Shown here: positions 43,949 to 50,645 of the stretch, piece after piece | How the letters are laid out: every line of letters begins with the position of its first letter | Numbering within the stretch: position 1 is the stretch's first letter | DNA from: a virus | Lineage: Duplodnaviria > Caudoviricetes | Virus record (IMG/VR): IMGVR_UViG_3300048848_000052 | Location: 1-50,645 of that record | Reading direction: 5' to 3' (one strand) | DNA length: 50,645 nucleotides | The notes under the pieces: model-generated | Seen by the model: only the letters and a program-made list of their open reading frames with translations | Told to the model about the DNA's origin: nothing | Databases searched by the model: none | Translations under genes and position numbers: made by a program

Positions 43949-44479
43949 GTGAGCGAACTCAAAGTGATTTTCCTCGGCCCGGCCTGCCAAGAGCAGGGAA
44001 AAATCGACGGCCGTGAATGGTGCCAGGACGATGTGTGGGATGCGTGCGAATGCGGGCATGAGTCAGTGCGGTATGTGCTGGGCTCCGAGTTCGACCGGGT
44101 CACAGCCGAGCGTGACGCCCTGCAGCAGCGCCTGAACGCAGCGGATCAGCGGATTGATGAGCTCGGACAATCCAAAGAACTGCTTCGTGAAGCCTACAAC
44201 GAGGCAAGCCCACGGCTTCCCTACCGGAGCCGACAGAAGATCGAGCAGTTTTTTGATGGCTTGGTCGTCAGCATGTCGCAAGACGCAGAAGTTGCTCCCA
44301 TCAAGGGCATGATCGCAGCCCGCGGCGGCGAGTACGCAATCATGATCGACGAGAACAACGGACACTACGGCTGGACGTTTCGGAAGGATCCGAACGGCAT
44401 GTGGGTATCAGGGCGCAAGGCCACCGATGCGGAAATGCAGGCTGCACGTCAGTACGCCAGGAACACAAACCAGCAGTAA
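43949..44479 (+). CDS. Hypothetical phage protein with coiled coil
   Basis: GTG start after GGAG; DRVTAERDALQQRLNAADQRIDEL. Confidence 0.7.
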   Translation: MSELKVIFLGPACQEQGKIDGREWCQDDVWDACECGHESVRYVLGSEFDRVTAERDALQQRLNAADQRIDELGQSKELLREAYNEASPRLPYRSRQKIEQFFDGLVVSMSQDAEVAPIKGMIAARGGEYAIMIDENNGHYGWTFRKDPNGMWVSGRKATDAEMQAARQYARNTNQQ

Positions 44480-44525
44480 CTCCCTCCCCCTTCAAAGTCA
44501 GCCGCTATAGCGGCAAGGACGAAAC

Positions 44526-45311
44526 ATGCCTATCGAGAAAATCGAAAAGGAGGCTGACCTCTGCGCGCTGTTCATCCAGGAGTTCAACGAAATGCCTGGA
44601 TGGACGTGCTACCCCGAGGCCGCCGGCTTCGACGTGCTGGTAGTGCACGAAGACGGTCGGCAGATCGGCGTCGAGGCGAAGATGCAGCTGAACGCCAAGG
44701 TTGCCGATCAGATCCTGCCGTGGTTCGGCGATGACTATTACGGGCGCCCCGGCCCTGACCACCGAATGGTCATCGTGAGCAAGATCACCGACGCCAGCGC
44801 CGGCATCGCAAAGATGCTTGGCAGGCTTGGCGTCAGGGTCGAGAAGCCACGACACAGCTCAGGCTTCAACGGTGATTCATACACCTTCGACGGCTTCTAT
44901 AACTTCCCGGAGGCGAGAGGCAGAACTTGCTTTTCTTGCGATCAGTGGCTTCACGACTGGAACCCTTCTGAGCGCTGCCAAGTGCCGGTGCTGGTCACGA
45001 ACCTGCCGGCGGGCGTGCCCTCGCCTGTTCGCCTGACGCCGTGGAAAGAGTCAGCGTTGAAGGTGCTGGCCCAGCTCCGGCGCCAAGGCTTCATCACCGC
45101 CAAACAGATCGCCAGCCATGGCATCGGCGTCACCGCGTGGACGCAGGCACCGGGAAGCAAACCGGCATGGCTCGCGAAGGGATCCGTGCGCGGAACCTGG
45201 ATCGAAACTGAGCACATGCCGGCCTTCGACAAGCAGCACCCGGACGTGTACGCCTTGGCCGTCGCAACCCTGGCCGCAACAGCGCCAGCAGAATTGGAGC
45301 TGTCGCCATGA
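44526..45311 (+). CDS. Putative PD-(D/E)xK nuclease-fold protein
   Basis: E..L...YPE...FDVLVV...QIGVEAK pattern. Confidence 0.6.
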   Translation: MPIEKIEKEADLCALFIQEFNEMPGWTCYPEAAGFDVLVVHEDGRQIGVEAKMQLNAKVADQILPWFGDDYYGRPGPDHRMVIVSKITDASAGIAKMLGRLGVRVEKPRHSSGFNGDSYTFDGFYNFPEARGRTCFSCDQWLHDWNPSERCQVPVLVTNLPAGVPSPVRLTPWKESALKVLAQLRRQGFITAKQIASHGIGVTAWTQAPGSKPAWLAKGSVRGTWIETEHMPAFDKQHPDVYALAVATLAATAPAELELSP

Positions 45312-45384
45312 TCACCAAGTGCTTACTCGGCTGCACCCTCTTCTTCTGGCTTCCATTGGTACTGACCATAAAGGCGGTGATCGG

Positions 45385-45759
45385 ATGAGCAAACGAGCGA
45401 TTCACCTTTACCCGTGGGACGGCGGCACCGAGGCTGATCAGGATCCGCCAGAGCACGTCTATTGCGGCACCGACGGCGTCATGACCGACGACCAGCTCAC
45501 CAATGACTGGCGGCACGTCACCTGCAAGCGCTGCCTCAAGATCCACGAAAAAGAGCTGGCCGCGCGAGCAGCTGACGACCGAGACCAGAAGGTCAAACTG
45601 TTCGACGAAGCCCAGGCCATGACCATCACCCTCGGCCACCGGAACATCTCAACTGCCATCAAGGCTTTGGTCAGGGAGCTCGACGAACTCAGGCATGAGC
45701 GTGACAACCTGCGCTTAGACCGAGACGGCCTACTCGAAGCAGGAGCGCACCTTCTATGA
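45385..45759 (+). CDS. Hypothetical protein with H/C metal motif
   Basis: HVYCGT...VTCKRC followed by a coiled coil. Confidence 0.65.
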   Translation: MSKRAIHLYPWDGGTEADQDPPEHVYCGTDGVMTDDQLTNDWRHVTCKRCLKIHEKELAARAADDRDQKVKLFDEAQAMTITLGHRNISTAIKALVRELDELRHERDNLRLDRDGLLEAGAHLL

Positions 45760-45805
45760 TCGCCCTCGCCTGGTTCGCCTACGTGTACTGCTACAAGGGG
45801 CCGCG

Positions 45806-46198
45806 GTGATGAATCCATCTCGACAACAACGCCGCGCGCTGGAAAAGGAAAATGCCAAGCTTCCGACCTACCTTCAGCAAGTCCCGCCGGACCAGTGGCC
45901 CGGCTTCAAGCCTCCCGACCTCGTTGAGGTTTGGCGATCGCGCAACTTCCTCGTCCAGATCTACACCGAGCCGGCCGGCTACCAGCGCATGAGCATCTGC
46001 CGGTCAGTGCACAACGGTGATAGCTGGGTCGATCAGGTGACGTGGGACGAGCTGATGTGCCTCAAGCGCGAATGTGGGCGTGGTGATCGGGATGCGGTTG
46101 AGGTTTTCCCGGCAGATCGCGACATCGTCAACGTCGCGAACATGCGCCACCTGTTCTTCCCGCCTGAAGATTTGCCGTTCAAGTGGAAGAAACCATGA
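45806..46198 (+). CDS. Hypothetical phage protein
   Basis: TWDELMCLKRECG...AVEVFP...VNVANMRHL pattern seen in phage proteins. Confidence 0.7.
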   Translation: MMNPSRQQRRALEKENAKLPTYLQQVPPDQWPGFKPPDLVEVWRSRNFLVQIYTEPAGYQRMSICRSVHNGDSWVDQVTWDELMCLKRECGRGDRDAVEVFPADRDIVNVANMRHLFFPPEDLPFKWKKP

Positions 46199-46512
46199 AC
46201 CGCATGGTCAGCGTCCGCACCGAGGAACTGACCGGCCCGGCGCTGGACTGGGCAATCAACGCTATCGAGGGTGATCAGCAGCCCGGCACCGGACAACTGC
46301 AACTCTTCGCCATGCCCGGCGCCGAGGAACTGATCACGAAGTACGGCGTCTGGTGCGAAGCCGGCCACAGCGACCCGTGGCTGGCTGACCTGACAAATGA
46401 TCCGTTCAACCGCCAGCCCGGCGAAACCAGAACCATCGCAGTGTTCCGCGCCGTGGTCTTCGCCAAGCGCGGCGCCTCGGTAAATGTCCCCGCCGAACTG
46501 ATCCAGCAATAA
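46195..46512 (+). CDS. NinX/DUF2591-like protein
   Basis: VRTEELTGPALDWAI...GETRTIAVFRAVV...VNVPAEL. Confidence 0.65.
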   Translation: MNRMVSVRTEELTGPALDWAINAIEGDQQPGTGQLQLFAMPGAEELITKYGVWCEAGHSDPWLADLTNDPFNRQPGETRTIAVFRAVVFAKRGASVNVPAELIQQ

Positions 46513-46560
46513 CCCCAACCACTCAACAACCTGCCGGTGTACGGCGGGCGAGGAATCGCC

Positions 46561-47169
46561 ATGTCTAGAAATATTAAAACCCGTGAAGGCTACGAGTTTT
46601 GGGATCGACTGAACGCCATCCCGCACTACGGATTTTTGCTGAACCAGAAGGGAAACGGCGTCATCCGCGCGGAAGGCGTAGGAGACTGGATTGAGCGGCA
46701 CGCGGCCCAGGTGGTTGTCGATGATGCGCAGTCCGAAGTGAACGTGCTGCGGGAGGAAAACGCAAAGCTCCAAGCCGAAGTCACCGCGCTCAGTAAGAAC
46801 GTGGTCGAGTTCACCCGCGAGGACTTCGACGCCACGCTGAACAACCTTCGCCGAATGGGCGCCAGCATCGACGGCGACAACGCCTACAAGCGCGACCTGC
46901 TGGACTGCGCCGTCGGAGCCTTGGCACAGGGAGCACAGAACAGGAATCCGCCGCCGGCCGGACACTGGTGCCAGCGCTTCTGGGATATCGGCCGGGAGGA
47001 ACGCGGACTGCACGAAGAGCTGGTTGCCGCGCTGAAACTCACCCGCGAGAACCTGCGCGCCTGCCAAGCCACCATTCACCTGGCAGGCGGGTTCGACCCC
47101 GCATATGTCGACGATGCGCAGGCCGCAATGGCTGTTGCCGACGCAGTTCTGGCCAAGGCCGGCGCATAA
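46561..47169 (+). CDS. Hypothetical phage protein
   Basis: GAGGA SD before MSRNIKTREG; C-terminal ELVAALK...AVLAKAGA. Confidence 0.7.
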   Translation: MSRNIKTREGYEFWDRLNAIPHYGFLLNQKGNGVIRAEGVGDWIERHAAQVVVDDAQSEVNVLREENAKLQAEVTALSKNVVEFTREDFDATLNNLRRMGASIDGDNAYKRDLLDCAVGALAQGAQNRNPPPAGHWCQRFWDIGREERGLHEELVAALKLTRENLRACQATIHLAGGFDPAYVDDAQAAMAVADAVLAKAGA

Positions 47170-47212
47170 CCCATCACCACCTTCTGCCGCCACGCGCGGC
47201 ATGGAGCCTGCT

Positions 47213-47557
47213 ATGTCCGAAAACGAAGAAACCGTCGAAACGTTCCCGTTCGACAAGGTGCCCGAAGAGCGAATGGCTGCCCTGATCGGCACCACAAAAC
47301 GCGCACTCGAAGGCAAGCGAGCGCGAGGAGTCATCCCCGAAGGCGTCTGGAATAAGATAGACGGCCGGGTTTTTTATAGCATCAGGAGATATGAAGCATG
47401 GCAAGAAAGCCAGTGGGCCTGCCCCGAGGAGTTGAATTTGCTGGCCAGTCTGTCCGTATCAGGTTCACTTGGAACGGCGAGCGGCGGTGCGAAACCCTTG
47501 CCCATTCCCAGACGCCAAAAGGGATCAAGGCGGCCGCCGATCTACGCGATCAAGTAA
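47213..47557 (+). CDS. Excisionase / recombination directionality factor
   Basis: DKVPEERMAALIGTTKRALEGKRARGVIPEGVW..IDGRVFYS winged-helix-like pattern; overlaps the int 5' end by 160 nt. Confidence 0.7.
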   Translation: MSENEETVETFPFDKVPEERMAALIGTTKRALEGKRARGVIPEGVWNKIDGRVFYSIRRYEAWQESQWACPEELNLLASLSVSGSLGTASGGAKPLPIPRRQKGSRRPPIYAIK

Positions 47558-48591
47558 TCAGCTTGGCCAAGCATGGGGTTCTGGACGAGAAGCGTTACGC
47601 CGAACTGTTCCCGAACTCCAGCTACTCCGCTGTTACCACTGGCCTTACGTTCGGCGAATACGCCCAGACTTGGATCGACGGCCTTGAGATCGTTCCCGGC
47701 ACTCGCAGAAACTACAAGGGCACCATCAACAACTACTGGATGCCGGAACTGGCCACGGTACCAATGACCACGATCACCCCGATGCTGTTGCGCCGGGTGA
47801 TTGCCGAGACCACATGGGAAAGCAACACCGTGAAGCGCACGGCGATATCGCGAGTGAATGCCTTGTTCAAGGCTGCGGTGCGGGATGAAGTAATCGAAAG
47901 GAATCCGGCGACGGCAATCAAGCTCCCTGGCAAAGCCAAGAAAGTGATTGATCCGTTCAGCGTTGAAGAAGCGGACATGATCATCGAATGGATGTATGCC
48001 AACTTCACTTCGAGGGCGGCACAGATCTACGCGGCCTATTTCGAGTTCGCGTTTTACTGTGGGATGAGGACGGGGGAGCTTAGGGCTCTTCGTTGGGATG
48101 AGATCGACATGGACAAGCGTGTCGCGCATGTCTGCCGGATCGTGGTCGATGGAAAAGTTGAAGAGCGGACGAAGACGAAGTATGCGCGCACTGTGATGCT
48201 GAACAGCCGCGCCATGCACGCTCTGGAGCGAGCCAAGCGAATTGCCGACGCCAGACTCAACCAGGTGCGCCGCAAGCGCCAGTCATCGCCGTATGTCTTT
48301 CCGCCTTCCGGAAGCTCGGAATACATTCTGGGCGCGACCACGCCGGGTGGCCACTTCGCCAAGGCGCTGGAAGCTCTGAAAATAAAGCCACGCAGTCAGT
48401 ACAACTGCCGTCACACTTACGCCACAATGTGCCTTATGGCGGGCATGAACCCCGCGTTCATCGCAGGGCAACTCGGGCACAGCGTCCAGGTGTTACTGTC
48501 CACATATGCGCGCTGGCTGAGTTCCACTACCGACTGGTCTGAAGTTGGGAAGCTGGAAAGCCAGATTGGTACAAAATTGGTACAGGCTTAA
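47398..48591 (+). CDS. int: Tyrosine integrase with N-terminal arm-binding domain
   Basis: IRFTWNGERRCETL arm domain; GMRTGE, YNCRHTYAT, QLGHS and TYARW catalytic motifs. Confidence 0.95.
   Translation: MARKPVGLPRGVEFAGQSVRIRFTWNGERRCETLAHSQTPKGIKAAADLRDQVISLAKHGVLDEKRYAELFPNSSYSAVTTGLTFGEYAQTWIDGLEIVPGTRRNYKGTINNYWMPELATVPMTTITPMLLRRVIAETTWESNTVKRTAISRVNALFKAAVRDEVIERNPATAIKLPGKAKKVIDPFSVEEADMIIEWMYANFTSRAAQIYAAYFEFAFYCGMRTGELRALRWDEIDMDKRVAHVCRIVVDGKVEERTKTKYARTVMLNSRAMHALERAKRIADARLNQVRRKRQSSPYVFPPSGSSEYILGATTPGGHFAKALEALKIKPRSQYNCRHTYATMCLMAGMNPAFIAGQLGHSVQVLLSTYARWLSSTTDWSEVGKLESQIGTKLVQA
48567..48589. repeat. Integrase arm-type sites, right arm (within the int 3' end)
   Basis: Tandem TGGTACA matching 1022-1045. 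Confidence 0.75.
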
Positions 48592-48643
48592 ATTTATTTC
48601 ATATTTCGCCCTTTGTTTACGGGCGGCTCTAGCTTTCCTAGCA

Positions 48644-48654
48644 CATACTCCTAA
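48644..48654. repeat. Right att core (CATACTCCTAA)
   Basis: Identical to 906-916; overlaps TAAAAT at 48652-48657. Confidence 0.85.
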
Positions 48655-48723
48655 AATGCGCCGGTTTTAAGAAATAACCCGTTACAAACTAACGGTATAT
48701 CCAACCTTTTAGAGTTCGCCCGC

Positions 48724-49662
48724 GTGAAAATTCGTCTCTCGATTCTGAGCCTGTTGTTTGCTGTTACAGGCACATTCATCACGCCAACGATCAACGCTGC
48801 GGAAACCACCGCTGTCCCACGTGACGCTTCGACTTTGAAGATCGCGTCCGGCAGCGCCCTGCTCATGGATATGCAGACCAATAAAGTCATCTATTCCAGC
48901 AACCCTGACGTGATCGTGCCGATCGCTTCCGTCAGCAAGCTGATGACGGGCCTGGTCGTGGTAGAAGCTCGACAGAACATGGACGAATGGATCGATGTCG
49001 ACATCAGGAACACCCCGGAAATGAAGGGTGTGTTCTCCCGGGTCAAACTCAAGAGTGAGCTGCCGCGCCGCGAGATGCTGTTGATCGCCTTGATGTCTTC
49101 GGAAAACCGCGCCGCCGCGAGTCTTGCCCACCACTATCCGGGCGGCTATGCGGCCTTTATCGCGGCGATGAACGCCAAGGCCAAGGCGCTGGGCATGACC
49201 AGCACACACTTCGTCGAGCCGACCGGCCTGTCGGAGCGCAACGTTTCTACCGCCCGCGACCTGAGCAAATTGCTGGTGGCCGCGCACAAGCAGCCGCTTC
49301 TCGTGCAACTGACCACCACCAAGGAAAAAACCGTGGCGTTCCGCAAGCCCAACTACACCCTGGGCTTCCGCAATACCGACCACTTGGTCAACAAGGCCGA
49401 TTGGGACATCAAGATCACCAAGACCGGCTTCACCAACCCGGCCGGCCATTGCCTGGTGCTGGTGACGAAGATGGGCAACCGTCCGGTCGCCTTGGTGATT
49501 CTCGATGCGTTTGGCAAATACACGCATTTTGCCGATGCCAGCCGCATCCGCAGCTGGGTGGAAACCGGCCGCAGCGCCAATGTGCCTGCGGTGGCACAGC
49601 AATACAAAGCCGACAAGAACCTCAAGAGCCGCCAGAGCGGCGTGGTCGAAGCGGCCAAGTAG
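48724..49662 (+). CDS. pbpG: D-alanyl-D-alanine endopeptidase PBP7
   Basis: Signal peptide; IASVSKLMT (SxxK), MSSENRAA (SxN), KTGFT; NVSTARDL. Confidence 0.93.
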   Translation: MKIRLSILSLLFAVTGTFITPTINAAETTAVPRDASTLKIASGSALLMDMQTNKVIYSSNPDVIVPIASVSKLMTGLVVVEARQNMDEWIDVDIRNTPEMKGVFSRVKLKSELPRREMLLIALMSSENRAAASLAHHYPGGYAAFIAAMNAKAKALGMTSTHFVEPTGLSERNVSTARDLSKLLVAAHKQPLLVQLTTTKEKTVAFRKPNYTLGFRNTDHLVNKADWDIKITKTGFTNPAGHCLVLVTKMGNRPVALVILDAFGKYTHFADASRIRSWVETGRSANVPAVAQQYKADKNLKSRQSGVVEAAK

Positions 49663-49676
49663 GTCCAGCGATCATG

Positions 49677-49706
49677 AAAAAGCCCCGAATCTTCGGGGCT
49701 TTTTTT
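49677..49706. terminator. Bidirectional terminator
   Basis: AAAAAGCCCCGAA-TC-TTCGGGGCTTTTTTT between convergent genes. Confidence 0.85.
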
Positions 49707-49716
49707 CGTCTGCGCA

Positions 49717-49923
49717 TCAGTCGTTGGGCAGCGGCATCTTGTCGTCATCAGGAATGCCATCGCCCGAGCTCGGCTCTGGCGAAACCTCCGGCGTCAGTAC
49801 ATTGGGCCGCGCCAGCGGATCGCGCATCGGGCTGTCCGGGTCCAGCACCGGATCAACCTCAGGCTCCGGCGTGGTCGGCACGCTGTCAGGTTTGTGGTCA
49901 TCGAAGCTTGAATCGGTACTCAT
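49717..49923 (-). CDS. Small acidic Pro-rich host protein
   Basis: GAGG SD before MSTDSSFDD. Confidence 0.6.
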   Translation of the reverse strand: MSTDSSFDDHKPDSVPTTPEPEVDPVLDPDSPMRDPLARPNVLTPEVSPEPSSGDGIPDDDKMPLPND

Positions 49924-49935
49924 ACGCACCTCACA

Positions 49936-50142
49936 TCAAGGTTTCAGATCGGCTAACGGATCATAGGGCTTGGCCGGTTTCTTCGGATCTTCACCGGGCT
50001 CGACATCCAGCGGCGCCTTCGCCGGCCCGACCGGATCGACTTGCGGATCGTCAAGGTCCGGCGAATCCGGATCGAATCCCAGATCATCACCGGAGGAATG
50101 TTCGGACGAGTGCGGGCCTTTCGGGTTTGGGGAATCTGCCAT
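49936..50142 (-). CDS. Small acidic Pro-rich host protein
   Basis: AGGAGG SD before MADSPNPKG; DDLGFDPDSPD..DPQVDP motif. Confidence 0.65.
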   Translation of the reverse strand: MADSPNPKGPHSSEHSSGDDLGFDPDSPDLDDPQVDPVGPAKAPLDVEPGEDPKKPAKPYDPLADLKP

Positions 50143-50232
50143 GTTGCCTCCTTGATTCACCCGCGAAGCACGGGCATTAATCTTCAGAGGATGGCCGGGC
50201 GCAGTCGTGCCCGGCAGATGACGAACGGAGGT

Positions 50233-50645
50233 TTATTGCGCCGCCAGAGCCTTTCGCGCCTGCGCCGCAGCGTTTTCTTCACCGGCCTGCGCCAGTTCAT
50301 CGGCGGCTTTCAGCCAACGGGAGCGGTCGACGGCTGCCGGGATCTGCGCCGGTTTCTGAATCAGGATTGCCCAGCCACCGGCCTTTTCGAGCGCTGCTTG
50401 AAAGCTGCCGAAATCCATCAACTGCCGACGGTTCATGCCGGCGCGCAGCAGGACCTTCTGTTTATTGCGATCGTAGCCGGACAGGATCGCGTAACGCGGC
50501 TCGGCCCAGAATGCCGAACCTTCGCTGAAACGCACCATGACCGGGTAGCCCGCTGCGACCTGGGTCAGCAAGGCCGGCAGCTTGCTGTCGAGCGGATAAA
50601 CCACCAGACCGTATTCGCGGGCGAGGTTCTGCATGTTCTGCTGCA
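50233..50645 (-). CDS. Peptidase C39-like host protein (5' truncated by window)
   Basis: LAREYGLVVYPL...QVAAGYPVMV...YAILSGYD pattern. Confidence 0.7.
   Translation of the reverse strand, partial: QQNMQNLAREYGLVVYPLDSKLPALLTQVAAGYPVMVRFSEGSAFWAEPRYAILSGYDRNKQKVLLRAGMNRRQLMDFGSFQAALEKAGGWAILIQKPAQIPAAVDRSRWLKAADELAQAGEENAAAQARKALAAQ

Larger units (their letters stand above)
906..48654. mobile_element. Complete lambdoid (siphovirus-type) prophage integrated between folD and pbpG
   Basis: Full set of integration, immunity, replication, lysis, head and non-contractile tail genes bounded by the direct repeat CATACTCCTAA. Confidence 0.95.

Noticed and set aside
1-50645. CRISPR array, diversity-generating retroelement, retron or tail-fibre invertase
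   Set aside because: I saw no regularly spaced repeats, no reverse transcriptase, no TR/VR pair and no second recombinase.

Overview
This window is Pseudomonas-type chromosomal DNA (folD at the left, then pbpG, small genes and a partial C39-like peptidase at the right) carrying an apparently complete ~47.7 kb lambdoid siphovirus prophage. The prophage is integrated between folD and pbpG at an 11-bp core, CATACTCCTAA (906-916 and 48644-48654). The minus strand carries, in transcription order, Cro, replication genes, nin-like genes, a Q-like antiterminator, two tRNAs (Thr-UGU, Asn-GUU), holin/Rz/Rz1, an Acb2-like anti-CBASS gene, head and tail genes, and a SleB-like endolysin at the far end. 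The plus strand carries CI, a periplasmic gene, a pL-like promoter with a ~1 kb RNA-structure-dense leader, ERF/exonuclease recombination genes, accessory genes with antisense inserts, a C5 methyltransferase, Xis and the integrase. The most notable non-standard observations are: (1) two diverged tRNA-shaped RNAs with no anticodon arm, complementary D-loop and T-loop sequences and three compensatory base-pair changes, one in the early leader and one in the late leader; (2) further structured RNAs in both leaders; (3) a CGCGACAC-N20/21-GTGTCGCG motif present three times, including upstream of acb2; (4) an att core that splits the putative pbpG promoter; (5) RsmA/CsrA-type ANGGA hairpins on antisense cassettes and at the xis ribosome-binding site. 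All assignments come from reading the sequence and recalling protein families; no searches or folding programs were run.
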